Part shown: piece after piece, positions 1-15,000 of the stretch | How the letters are laid out: each line of letters begins with the position of its first letter | Numbering within the stretch: the stretch's first letter is position 1 | Assembly (NCBI GenBank): GCA_024704765.1 | Contig: JAKMXF010000333.1 | Location: 237,266 to 301,265 of the forward strand | Direction: 5' to 3' | From: Oopsacas minuta | Lineage: Eukaryota > Animalia > Porifera | DNA length: 64,000 nt | Made by a program: the position numbers and the translations under genes | Notes under the pieces: model-generated | Databases searched by the model: none | Told to the model about the DNA's origin: nothing | What the model saw: the letters and a program-made list of their open reading frames with translations, nothing else

Positions 1-1
1 T

Positions 2-3000
2 TCTTCAACTGTATTCCAACTCACTACTAGTTATGCCCTCCAAAACTCTAAATCCTTGCAAATTTTACTCAGTGAGACAGACTTACTTGTATTGGAAAGC
101 ATCAGAAATACTGGATTTGCTGTCAACGAATCTAAAACATTATTCGAATTTTCTACATTAGCTTTCCAAGATACATCTGAACATTTTGTTAATGGTAACT
201 TTGGTAACGTTATCCCACCAATTCCTTCGGATCTTATCCCACCAAGACTTCAGAGCTTTTCCTTTGACTATGACAAGGGGCAGTTCCTCTTTGTTTTTTC
301 TGAAGAGGTTATTCCTGAGTCGCTAGATTTACGACAGCTTACTATCCAGGCATCTGCTAATAGTACGGCTATTTCTTATCGTCCCTCTTATTCGGGGTCT
401 GCTTCTTCCCTCACACTTAACACTATCCTCGCTACCTTATCCCAGAATGACATAGATGGTTTCAAAGGTGTTAGTGGTCTAGCTGATTCAGAAAATACCA
501 CCTTTGTTTCTAAATTTTCTGGTTTAATACGAGATTCAGCAACTATTGCGTCTATATCAATTTCCAGTAGCAATGCTCTGCAAGTAACTTCTTATGAGGG
601 AGACACAACCAGTCCTCTTCTTTTGAGTTTCTCAGTTAATTTAAACCCTGGCCAACCGATTACACTGATATTTTCTGAGACTATCGATATTTCTTCTCTC
701 ATACTTGACCAATTTGTTCTCCAAAGCGATAGCTCTAATCCTCAATACACGGAAGATTTCTCTGGAGCTGAATTTGTCTTACAAAATGCAGCAATAATTA
801 AATTCTTTTTACCCCTTTCGACTCTTGATAGAATCAAACGTATTGACGAATTTGCCACTGAAGTAGAAAATACATTCTTGTCAATAGCAGAAGGTGCAGC
901 TGCTGATACCATTGGTAAGATTATTCAATCTGTTATACTACCTGCAACATCGGTTGAACGTGATCTCTCACCACCCAATGTGATTACCTTTGATCTCGAT
1001 ATGGTGAGTGCTGAATTGACTCTATACTTCGATGAAACAGTTGATGCTAGTACTTTAGACCTTACAAAGTTTACGCTCCATGCTGCTAGAATATCCACTT
1101 CTTCTAATTTTACGTTTGACCAGGCTATTTCTATTACTACTGGTAATACATCCGTAATCCATGTAATCTTAAGTGGGGATCTTGATGGTATTAAATTGAA
1201 GCGTCTCTGTAGCAGTAATCTTACTTGTTTCCTAACTTATGTTGAAGGGGGAGTCATAGATCTAGGTGGACAAGTAATGCAATCTCTTAATATTACAATG
1301 GCTCCAGTTGTCACTAACCTTATTGCTGATATAGTCGGACCCAAACTTATTCTTTTTAACAGTATTGATCTAAATACTGGTATTATTTCACTTATTTTGG
1401 ATGAACCGACAGTAGTATCATCGATTGACCTCACTGCATTCTCTCTGAAGTCACTATTTACTGGCGAGCGGAGTGTTTATTCTCTTCAAGCTAGTACCGT
1501 ATTATATGTCGATGGAAGAGAAATTTCTTTTGAACTTGGAATATCTGATTTACTCACTTTAAAGAGTGATCCCTTTCTTTGCTCTTATAGAGGTAACTGT
1601 TATGCTAGCTTCACTAGTGAATTCATCCAAGACTATTATGGTAACATCGCAACTTCAGTAACATTAGAGATGCCTGGTTTTCTTGTTCATACGTATATTC
1701 AAGACTCGTCACGGCCTATTCTTACTTCTTATTCTTTGGATTTATCTGACAATTTTCTTAATTTAACTTTCAATGAGCCGATCTCTTTCTCAACCTTTAG
1801 ATTAGACGGTATTGTATTGCATTCTGCGCCTAATACTATCGAATACTTTATTTTCTCATCTAGTATCCCAAGTCAACCTATTTTTAGTTTGATTTCTATC
1901 TCTATTTCTGATAAGGACTTCAATCTCTTGAAGAACACTACTATAGCACGTTCCTCAGATTCCACCATCCTATCATTATCTTCTTTTACGATCCGAGACA
2001 ATGCTCTTTTTCCGAACGATGTTCAAGAGATCTTCCCCAATAGTTCATTCACCCCTAGCTTATTTATCCAGGACACAACCTCCCCTACTGTAGTTGAATT
2101 TATAGTAAATCTAAACCAAAATCATATTATCATCACATTTTCTGAGACTCTTCTCATAACCACCATTAACCTGGGAGGATTCACCTTGAATAATTTGCAG
2201 AACTCTTTTTCACCTGCTAGCCTAAATGGTTCTGCGATAATTGCTGTAGAACTGAATGATTATTTTATTATTACATTACTCCCCCCTCGTAGTGTTATTA
2301 TCACTCTCAAAACTTCACCTAGCATTGCAACAAATGGATCAAATACTTATCTATCTATTGAAGCTGGATCGTTTTCGGATAATGTGCCCAATCTAAATGA
2401 TGAATTCAGTCTTGTTATTGCTAGTGATGTTGTACAAGATTCAGAGCGTGTAGAGTTGTTGGAATACTCTATTAACATGAATATTGGTATTCTAAGTCTC
2501 ACTTTCAACGATGTAATTTTAACCGAATCTTTCCAGCCGGATTCATTTATTCTTCAGGCTAGTTTATCTCGTTCAGAAGGTCCTTACTATCAGCTTACTA
2601 GTTCAAGTATTGCTTCTAATCCAGATGGTTATGAACTAATTGTTAACCTGAATTCAGATCTACAGGGGATTAAATCGCAAACCGGTCTCATCACTTCAAT
2701 TAACACCACCTTCCTGACTATGGCTGCTGACGCAATTGATGATTCATTTGGTGTTGACATCATAGCAATAACAGACGGTAGTCCCCTACAAGCCAATGAT
2801 GTAATTCCTGACTTGTTACCCCCAGTACTTCTTGATTTTACTATTGATCTCAGTATTAACCTGATAAATCTCACTTTCTCAGATACTATTCTCCTTTCTA
2901 GTGTTAATCTAACTCATATACTTTTGCAATCTCAATCAAATCAAACCGTCCTGAATTTGAGTGAAAACTCTTTTGCCCTAACTGGAGGAGATATTATGTT

Positions 3001-6000
3001 ATTTTCGGATGGGACTATTGTTTCTATTTCTCTCCTTGATGACGATAGCGATATAATTAAATTTATAGGCAATCTAAGTTATTTATCGTTCTCATCAAAT
3101 TTGTTACGAGATATCTCTTTGAATCGAGTTGTCAGAGTACTATCTACTTCTGCTCAGGAGGCTAGCCTCATAATTGCAGATATGGTGAGTCCTTCTATTC
3201 TTTCCTTCACATTAGATCTCAACACAGGTCGTATTATCATTACATTTGATGAAGTTATGCGATTATCAAGCATTGATGGATCTTATCTCATATTACAAAC
3301 TCACTCAAATTTTTCTGAGTCAACCAATTATGTGACAATTGGATCTGGTATTGTAAGATATTACACTCCATCTAGACTTGATCTCAATATTATTAATCTC
3401 GATTTCAGGTCTGAAATACTCAACATTATCAAATCAGATACGAACTTTGGTTTATCACCAGGAAATACCTTTCTTTCTCTAATTGATATATTAGGTATGC
3501 AAGGATTTAGTGGAGTAGGTAGGGATTTAGGAGGAGTTCTTACTCGTTCTATTAATCCTGATTTCGGAATACCTGTATCCAACGTTATTCCTGATATAAT
3601 ACCTCCCACTCTCCAGTCGTTTGTTTTAGATTTAAATACTGGTGTTATAAATCTTACATTTTCAGAATCTGTAAACCCTGATACATTTGTTCCTAATGTT
3701 CTCAACTTTCAAAGTTCTAAATTGTTTGGTGAAAACTCTTCTATGTACTCCCTTACCTCAGGAAATGCTGTTGTCACCAATCATACAACACTGACTGTAC
3801 AATTAGGATTTTTTGATCTTAATCAAATTAAGAATATTTCTACTCTTGCTATTGACAAGAATTCTACATTTATTACATTTAATTCGTCTCTTTCCAGCGA
3901 TTACAGCGGAAATCAAGTCGTCGAAATTGTAAACGGATTTGGTCTCCTGGCCTCTAGTTTTATTTCTGATGAAACTGAACCTGAATTGTTGAGATTTTCC
4001 TTGGATTTGAATACTGGTACCTTACGTCTCTACTTTGATGAAGTTTTGGATATTATATCCATTAACCCACAACTAATCCAACTCCGTAACTCTACTAATG
4101 TCTCATCTCAAATTTCTCTCGTGAACTCTACATTCTTGCAATTATTAACTAATGAATCAGTTGTTCTTATTATTGATATTTATCTGCTTAATGAAGTCAA
4201 AGCCTCTCTAATTGGATTGACCCCAAATTCTACGTTTATCTATCTCGATCCTGGGGCAGTCTCTGACAGAATGTTTAATACTATTCCGGATAGTATCATT
4301 TCAACAGCTGTAGTTATTCCCGACACCACTCCTCCAACTCTCCAATCCTTTTCTTTAAACCTTAATTCAGCTATATTAACTTTAGTTTTTGACGAATCAA
4401 TATCTTCTAAGTCTGTTAATGTTTCAAGGATAACACTTATTAGTTCCCTTAATTCCTCTTTTCCTAATCGCAGTTATACTTTAACATCTATCGATTCTGT
4501 TATATCAAATGATGAACAAGTCACTCGTATACAGCTAAGTGACTTTGATCTAAATGAAATTAAGCTCCGAGACATGCTCGCAACCTCATCTGAAGACACA
4601 TACCTAGCGATTGAGGAAAATTCTCTCACAGATTTGAGGAACAATTTTAACCTAGCTGTCACAATATCCATGGCACCAAAAGTATCAATATTTACACCAG
4701 ACACAATCTCGCCTATTCTCACTTCTTTTGATCTTGATATGAATTTGGGGATATTAACACTCTTTTTCTCTGAAACAGTTAACTCTTCTACCTTAAATAT
4801 AACTACGCTTTCTCTACAATCCTCCGTCACCTCTCCCATTCAGATCGTATCTATTTCAGGCGGTATGTTTTCACCTGAACCTGGTACAAGTATACAATTG
4901 TCATTGCTTGAAGATGATGTCAATTTACTGAAATACAATGCTAAACTGGCTACAGATAGCCAGAACACTTTTATTTCTACTTTAGAATTTGCTGTCCAGG
5001 ATATGAATCGCAATCCAATGACCCCTATTTCACATAGTGCTGCCCTCAAAGTGACTAATTTTACCTCCGATATAGAACAACCCTCACTTCTGTTTGCTTA
5101 TTTGGATATGAATAATAGTGCAATTACACTCGGTTTTTCTGAAACCATCTTGCATACTGATATTTTTCCTTCCATTTTCACTCTCATGGCTACAAATCAA
5201 CTCATGGTAAATACTACCTCTCACAGATACTCTCTGACTACTGGTGTTACCTCGCAAATCAACAACACTGTTATACGTATCCAGATAGAACAAACTGACC
5301 TGGATATTATTAAGGGCCTATCTATTGTTAATCTCACAGGAGGGCCTCCGTTCTTCTCGTTCCCAACTGCATTTGCTTTTGATGCATTCAATAATTCTAT
5401 AAACTCTATAAATACTTCTTCTGCCAGACAATTTGACATATTAATCAGAGACCAAACCAGACCCAAACTTATTAGTTTTGCGTCGCTGAATCTCAATTCT
5501 CAAGAAATTGAACTGCTATTTTCAGAAACTATTGACCTTAATTCTATTCGTTTTGATGATTTGAGAATGAGTAACTTCTTTGGACCTAGTCCTGGCATTA
5601 CACTTAGTTTTGTCAACATTACTAATGGATCTATTCTCTCTACTGGCATTACAAACTCTCTGACCATTTCCATTAGCACTTTTGATATTAATAATATCAA
5701 GGCGAATCCTTCAATCTGTTCTCTGAAGAGCAGTTGTTATATACGATTGGGTGAATATTTTCTGACTGACTCTGCCGGAAATATTTTAGAACCTGTTCTT
5801 GATAGTACAACTGGATTTATAGTTGATAATTATTTTGCTGATACTATTCCTCCTAATCTAGCCTCTTTTTCATTTGATTTAGATTCTGGGGTTGTTCTTT
5901 TTGCATTTGATGAAACTGTCCAGCGGACAACTTTCCGCACAAATCAGATTTCGTTCTCTTCTACTTCTACTGGAATTAATTATTTCCAGCTACCAGATAT

Positions 6001-9000
6001 CCCCATCGACTCTCAATTTGACACTCCAACAATTCAATTCACTATCCCTCCAACTAGTCTAAACCAACTCAAATGCCAACTGATTGCTCTTACACTTAAT
6101 ACCACAGTAATTGCTCATACAGAGTTGATGGTTTCTGACATGGTTTTCCCTATCCCCCTTCTTGTTGTTCCAAGAGTATTTGGCTCTAATGCCCTCATTG
6201 CGGATGCTTACTATCGTGACACTACCAGTCCTGTCTTATTAGAATTTACTGAAATGAATATCGATGAAGCCTCACTTACTCTCCGATTTTCTGAACCAGT
6301 AGCTCTCAACTATCTTGACTTTACTCATATTTCAATACATTCAGGTCTTGTTACAGGGCAAAGTTATACATTGCATCCTGGATCCGCAACACCAGTTGAT
6401 TGTACCTCAGTTAAATTTTACTTTAGTGATATTGATTTGGTTGCGATAAAGCTTAACTCCCAACTCGCTATCTCACGTGAGACAAGCTATACATCGGTTC
6501 TTAGCAATGCTACCCGAGATTTATCTGGGAATTATCTAGTGGGAAATAGCACTCGTTTCCTGGCTTCATCTTATGTCCGGCCAAACACACATCCTAGTTT
6601 ATTGTCGTTCAACTTAGATATTGATTCAGGCGAGTTAGTACTTACATTTGATGATGTAATGGATATTTCGAGTATCGCTTACTCACGATTGACATTGGGT
6701 CTCAGCCTTGATATTCCCACTCTATCCGATGGAGAGAAATATACCTTAACACGTGGTTCCACTCCTAGCACTGATGGATATATAGTTCTTATTAATATTC
6801 ATCCCGAAGACCTAAACTCCATTAAATTGCGTACCTCACTCTCTACCAGTAAAAATTCTTCTTACTTGCAAATTACAGCTGAAGCAATTGCTGACGTAGA
6901 ATTTCTACACGTTAGAGAAGTTATCTTACAAGTTACTAACTATACAGCTGATACCACCTCTCCTCAACTATCTCGTTTTTCCCTCAATCTCACCACTGGT
7001 TTGATGTCTCTCTTATTCAATGAAGTTGTGAATACTCAAAGTTTTAATGTTACTCTACTCTTCCTCCAAAATTCAGTTTCTAACATAACCTCAGATCGAA
7101 CATATCGACTTACCGGTTCAAGGAATTTACCGACAGAAAATTTAATAGAGTTAGACATATTTCTAAATGATTACGATTTAAATCAACTCAAGCGATTTGA
7201 TAATATTGGAACTTCAACTGCTAACACGTTTATATTTTTCAGTTATCGACTGGTTGATGACATGAACTTCAATCCTATTACTCCTATCCTCGCTACCATG
7301 GCACTATCTGCTTATACTCATACGGATGACTTGATTGATCCAGAATTACTTTCTTATTCTCTCGACCTGAATCTCGGTCTAATTATGCTCAATTTTAGTG
7401 AGACAGTTAATGTTTCATCCTTTAATCCTTTTGCACTTAAGATACAATGTTGTTCCAATACAATCCTGGTAACTCAGAGTTATTCTTTCACTGAAGATAC
7501 ACGTGCACGTGTGTTCTCTTCTCAAACTGTAGGAGATCATATCTTACTTGTAGACATCAGTGTTTCTGATTTAAATGAGATAAAACGTCTGACTAGCATA
7601 GCAACCAGTAGGGAGTCTAGTTATTTATCCACAACTGAAAATCTTATACTCGACATGGCAGATAACAAACTTGTTGCAATTCCCTTCATTGAAGCACTTC
7701 AGGCTGTATCTTTTACCTCGGATACTACTCAACCTATTCTTGATTCATTTTCCCTCGATCTTAATTCTGCCCTACTCAACCTTACATTTTCTGAAACTGT
7801 ACTTTCATCTTCTTTTCAGCCAAACAATCTCTCTATTCATGACAACTCCACTTCATATTATTCTTTTCTGTCCAGTTATCCCATAACTAACAATAGCTTT
7901 ATTCAGTCAATTTTGCTTAGCTTTGAAGATATGAATAACTTGAAATCTCTCACTACTATTGCTACTGCCAGAGATACGACCTTTTTATTCCATTCTGCTG
8001 GATTTATTGAGGATATGAATTCGAATGCAATCCTCGAATTGCAGGCTAATATTATCGCAAGTTCCTTTATTCCTGATACAACTCCAGTTGATCTGGTTTG
8101 TTATACCCTCGATATGAATACAGGAGAGATTATGATTACTTTTTCTGAATCTGTCAATTCATCTTCCATATCTGCTAGTTATATTTCTATTCAATCTACA
8201 AGAAATATATTAGAATCAAACATTTCCGTACAGTTAATCAGCATACAAGCTACTGCTAATCCTACACACATATTAACAGTTCTAATTAACAACGAGGATC
8301 TCAATTTAATTAAAGCAAATACTCAACTTGCTACTGATATAAACAATACATACTTGGCCGTCGGAATGATGGCTATTCAGGATATGAATAGAAATAATCT
8401 TTCTCCCATCAGCAATCTGGATGCTTTGATTACTTGTGGATATACTCAAGACAGTACACCTCCAATCTTAATTGCATTTGATTTGACTATGGAAGGGGGC
8501 CATATCCCTGTGATAGTCCATCTCCAGTTTTCTGAGACAGTTAATGCAAGTACGCTAATTATCCCATATATCACTCTCCAAGCAAATCTGTCAATTGATC
8601 CATTATACGCATATACTCTAACGAGTGGTGAATTCACACGAGTAGATTCTGATGTTTTAACTTTTACGATAAGTGACTCTGATTTGATAACTATTCAAGA
8701 TTTGGTTCCTATTTTACAATCTGAAAACACGTCCTACTTATCGATATTAGAAGATGCCGTTCAGGACATGAATAGCAATTTCTTATTGGAGGTGCAAAAC
8801 GATAGTGCAATTCTTGTTACTCAATACGTGATAGATTTGACTACTCCAGATATCTCTTCATTTGAACTCGACTTAGACCTAGGTGCACTATTTATCACAT
8901 TTACCTCTCCAGTCATACTCTCTAGCTTTGATATTACATCACTGACTCTACATAGTTCCCGTTTGAATACTTCTATTGGACTCAATCTATCCTTTTTCGA

Positions 9001-12000
9001 GGACAGTGTTGCAATCAGAGATACTATAATCCGCTCTTCAATTAGTGTTGATGACTTAAGTTTCATTAAATCTACTGCTGATTTTGGTGGAACAGTAGAA
9101 AATACTTATCTCTCTTCTGGCTACAACCTTGCTGTTGGTCCAAACGGTAATCCTACCACGTTCATTTTACCTGAAAATGCTCTACAAGCAAGTTTTGTAT
9201 ATCCAGACAAGACAAGGCCCAATTTATTAAAGTTTGACTTTGAGTATGATGCTATGATAACTCGCCTTTATTTTGATGAACCAATGAGTATTTTATCTTT
9301 AAATGCTCTTGGGTTCACCTTGCAAAATACACAAAGTTCACCAACTGCAACACATACTCTGACAAACATTACATCTAATTCACGTGATGGAAATGTTGTT
9401 TCTATCTTGCTTAGCCTTGCTGATCAGAATACACTTAAATCTATCCCTATCCTAGTTGTAAGCAACTCATCAACTTTCTTGGCTATATCACCCCTTGCAA
9501 TAACAGATACTAGTGGAAATCTTGTCAATGAAATACCTATCTCAGATGCTTTAGCTGTTGGGGAGTTTGGCGCTGATATGTCAATCCCAGAACTGTTATA
9601 TTTTAGCTATAATGCTAACGTTGATACTCTCACTCTTTATTTCTCTGAGACAGTAAATACTCAATCCCTGAATATCTCTGCTATTACTTTATCAGACCGT
9701 GTATTTAATGGCTCACTCAATGTTAGCTATCATTCTTTGATATATACGCAAATATCAAATCTTATCAATGACTCTGTTCTAGATATACCTTTAAATTTAT
9801 TGGACTTTTCTATTGCCAAATCTCTAGGAATCTGCACTACTAGATCTAAATGTTATCTCAGCATTGCAAACAATTCAATATATGATATGGTTGGTTTAGG
9901 GCTAAGAGGAATAAGAGCAACTTCTGCAATCTCAGCTCGAATATACCTCCCAGACAACGCTGCACCATCACTTACTAATTTTCTCCAATTTAATGCTAGT
10001 AGCTATAGCCTGCGTCTTTCATTCGACGAAGCATTGCTGATATCCTCTTTTAATTCCTCTGCGCTCTCACTCACAACTATAATCCCTGAAACTTTACAAA
10101 GAGTTAATTTATTTGACAGTCAATCGTATCTTGTTAATCCATTTACCATCGAAATCGTGCTTTCAGAATCTGACAGATTTGCGTTACAATCTCATCTTCA
10201 AATATGCACATATAGGGGTAATTGTTACCTAATCCTTGAAGAAGGTTTCATTCAAGATTTGAACAACAATCCGTCAATCGGCAATTCTGGAATTATCACA
10301 GAAGTTTTTATTGATGACACAGTACAGCCGAATCTACTAGAATTCAGTATTGACCTAAACTCGGCACTTTTATCACTTACATTCAGTGAAACTGTTAGTG
10401 CGAATAGTTTTAGTCCTAATGGGTTAGTGCTACAAAATTTACGGAACGGAACCCTTTTCTACCGTCTTACTACGAGCACTATTGATAATGTGGACGGAAC
10501 TAATATCTCAGTAAATATTTCTGGACAAGATTTGAATGCTATTAAATCTAAGCCCTTTATTAAGAGTATTTATGACACCTTTCTAGGCATAAGTAGTAGT
10601 GCATTCACAGATACAGCATTTGTGCCCAACTACGTTAAGCCTATCACTTTAGGACTAAACGTTTCTAGCTATATTTCAGATTCCACACCACCATACATTC
10701 AATCTTTTTCGTTGGATTTACAGGGGAGGACACTAAAACTGACCTTTACTGAGTCAATACTTGTTTCTTCCCTAAATGCTTCATTATTTAGTCTTCATTC
10801 AAATGTTATTGGCGGAGTTAGCATATCTGTCCTTGCATCATCAATCTTACCTGTTGATCCTCCTGATATCGGTTCCAAAATCGTCACAATATACCTTTCT
10901 CCTATATTCATTTCAGCTCTCAAGCTCAACTCATCAATTGCTACTTCTGTAGATTCAACTTTCCTCAGTTCTCTAGCGTTATCAGTCTTTGATACTGCTG
11001 GTAATCCTATCGGACCAACCCCACGCATTCAAGTCGAAAACATCATATTTGACAGCATATTCCCTGTATTATCTTCTTTCTCAATCGATATGGATAAAGG
11101 AATGCTTAATTTAACATTTTCAGATGTTATCCTCATCAACACTTTCGATATTACCGCAGTTTTTGTTCAAAATTCCCGCTACTCTACAAGTTCGAATCGA
11201 TTCCAGTTAACACAAGCCCAATCTTTTTACACACTCGACGGTTACTCAGTTGTTATTTACCTCGGATTCATTGATTTCGTTACAATAAAAGCTGCAGTTG
11301 GAGTTTCAGACAGTATTAACACAACATATCTTACTCTAAAAGCTCACGCAATAGATGATCATAATAACCGAGATGTTCAAGCCATCACTAATGGAAAAGC
11401 CCTTCGTGCATCGATTTTTATTTCAGATAATTCACGTCCTGAATTGTTAAGTTACGAATTAGACATGGATTCCGGGACCCTTACTTTATCTTTTAATGAT
11501 GCTCTTCAGGCATCATCATTTGATACTACACAACTAATTTTTCAAAACGAAATGGCTCTTAGCCAGAGCAATTCAACATTGCGTGTCATTGGAGGTGATT
11601 ATATCCGCACTAATGAAGCGAATACTGTAGTGGTCACTTTCAGTCTATCAAATCTTAATGATCTCAAGAGAAACATCTACTTAGCTACTCAAGAATCAAA
11701 TACATATTTGTCATTCTCTAATCTTACTGTTAATGATATTGCTAACAATTCTGTTGTAGAGATTTTAGCGGAGAATGCTCGAAGAGTAGATACTTTTGTT
11801 CAGGATGTTACTGGGCCTTATCTACAATCATATGATTTGGATATGAATACCGGACTGATAACATTGCAATTTGATGAAACTATACTTTTATCCTCATTTA
11901 ATCCTTCTGGAATTACTATTCTTAACAATGGAAATATGTCTCTATCTACTCAATATTTGGCCTTGACTGGTGGCATGTTAATTGGCCAAAATAATGATAA

Positions 12001-15000
12001 CTTCTTGCTAAATATTCAATCTGACGATCTCAACAATATTAAATCACAATTAAACCTTGCCACCAGCAAGAGTGATTCATATATTTGGTTTGATCAAACT
12101 GCATTTACTGATATGAATAGAAATGGTGTTCAGGTTCAATCTTTAGCTCTTCAAGTTTTCTCTTTCAGTCCTGATGTTACCAATCCAGCTGGCATTGGAT
12201 TTGCGTTAAATATGAGTTCTCGTTTGCTGTATATCTACTTAACTGAATTCGCCAACATCGATACTATTAATCCATCAAAACTAACTCTCACTTCTTTGAG
12301 TAATGAAATTAGTAGTAATCACTCACTTATTAGCGGTACATTTGGATTATCGAATAATACGCTATTGGAGATTGAATTGTCTGATATTGATTATTATTCC
12401 ATACAGCAATATCCAGGCTTAGCAACTTCTCCAGAAAACGTTTTCCTTACTCTTGATTCTGGCTTTATTTATGATGCAGCTAACAATCCGTCGAATGTTA
12501 CACTAACTCCTCTTGTTATCAACAACTTTTTCCCAGATAATGTAAGACCTCAGCTTTTAAATTTCACTCTTGACATGGATTCCAATAGGCTGTATCTTGA
12601 GTTTAATGATGTTGTTAATATCTCCACTTTCAACCTAGAAGGATTAACATTAATCAGCTCTTTAAATAGCTCTTTTGCACAATCTGTCTCCTTACAATCT
12701 TCTTCCCTTTTCCAAACTGATACACTAAATATTGTGGAAATTCTTCTTAGCAAGCAAGATACAGAATCAATTACTTCAAGACCTCCATTAGCTACTTCTC
12801 TTATTACCACATATTTATCTTTGAATTCTGGCTCAATTTCTGATATTGCTCGAAATTCTAATTTCCCGACTATCCTACTCCCAGTTTCAATGTTTACCCC
12901 AGACCAAACCTCTCCATTTGTGATTGAGTATTCATTCGACTTATCTCTTGAAAATCTGACATTGAGCTTTTCAGAAGTTGTTCCTTATTACACTCTCAAT
13001 GTATCAACACTGTCTATCGCATCATCAACTTCTGATCCTCCAGGCTATATGCATAGGCTTTTTAACAGTACTGTTTTGTCTGCTGAGCGTATTTCTTCTG
13101 TAATAACTGTACAATTAGGACAATCTGATTTGAATATGATCAAAAGTGAATTTCTTCTCGCAACAAACAATGGTAACACGTTTTTACGATATATCAGTGA
13201 TTCATTTATGGATTCTTCAAACAACTCAGCTACTGTATCGTTTCCCATTTTGTCCCGATTCGTACCGGATAGCATTGCTCCTCGTATACTATCATACAAT
13301 TTGGATATGAACACCGGAATTTTAATGTTAACGTTCTCTGAAACAGTTCTCAGCTCTACAGTTAATGAAATGGGATTCACTCTTCTGAATACTTCCAACA
13401 ATGATTTCACATCTTTGAATTTTCAGTCTTTCTCTAATGTAACTCAATCTTCGTATACCGTAGTTATTCTTACCATTTCACTCAATGACATTTTACTTGT
13501 TAAAAATGATCGATATTTAGCTACAGCTCTTGAAAATACCTATCTTGATCTATCTTATAATGCTATACAAGATACCAATTTCAATTTCCTGCAGCTTCAA
13601 CCTTCACCTCTCAGAGTTACGAGCTATATTCCAGATTCAACATCACCTCAGTTAGTTAGTTTTGTCCTCGATTTAGACTCGTATTTAATCACACTAAATT
13701 TTGACGAACCTATAGACAGCCGTACAATTAATATTACAGATTTTGTACTGATAAACACAACCTCTGTCGGTTATTCCTCCTTCAAACTCACTGATGGATT
13801 TTATCCTATTTCTGACTCAAAAGATTTTAATATCTCTATTGTGAAATCTGATATAGATTCTTTGAATCTGCTCACCGATCTCTGTACGTCTCCTCTCAAT
13901 TGTTTGCTTTATCACTCTCACTTGCTAGCAGAAGATATTGCTGGTAACAATGCAATACCTATTTTGCAAAATACTTCTATTAGTATTACCTCATTTGTCC
14001 GAGATAATACTAGCCCAATGTTAATTCAGTTCGAACATTTTGATTTTAATACCGGATTGATTATTCTCAGATATAATGAAATTCTAAAACTAACTTCCAT
14101 CAATCCTTTATCACTCCAATTCTCAGACGATAACGGAATAACTTCTAATTTTGTTATTTTAACAGGTTATAATTCCGTGCAACTATTTAATGGCTCTGTT
14201 GTTGAGATCATCATATTAGATTCAGATTTAAATTTGTTCAAGACTACAAGCGATCTCTGTCAGAAAAGAGGTTCTTGTTTTATTCGATATAATTCCACAT
14301 TCCTTACAGATCAAGCCGGAAACCCCGTAGTACCCGTTCTTCCTGACGACCTTAATATAGATATTGAAGAGAGACCTGAGAATTTGCTACTTGATTCCTC
14401 CCCACCTTACCTATCTCAATTTTCTCTTGATCTTGAAGGCTTCTCTATTACTTTATCTTTTAATGAAGCTATTTTAGAGTCCACTTTTTCATCTTCTGCA
14501 ATTACCTTGCAAAGCGCATTTAGATCTAACCTTACTTATCAGTTAACTGGTGGCGAGGGCACCAAAGTGAGTGACAATGTTATAGTCCTAGCACTACTTG
14601 AATCAGATGTTAATGAGCTTAAAATTCTATTACAACTAGCTTACAGTATTAATACAACTTGGCTAATTCATTCCAATACTCTTATCAGTGATCTTTTCTC
14701 GAACTTTATCGAGTCTCGAGTTAATAACATATCTGCTCTCAGAGTTACCAACTTTATTCCCGATAACGTACGACCTGCAGCAACCGAATTTACTGAGCTA
14801 GACCTTCAGCAAGGACAACTAAGGATTAAATTTTCGGAACCTTTGTTACCTGGTTCTTTTGACTTCACGCGAATAGCATTAGCAAACAATGGGGATTTAA
14901 GGCTTAATCTAACTGGAGGGAGTGTAATACGAGATCCAAATGACCTTGATACTGTTATTATTACACTGACTAGCCAAGATCTACTCAATCTAAAGGTAGA

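Noticed and set aside
56-58. TTG at 56 as the start of the giant ORF
   Set aside because: The frame is open back to base 2 and encodes repeat-like sequence, so the true start lies upstream of the window.
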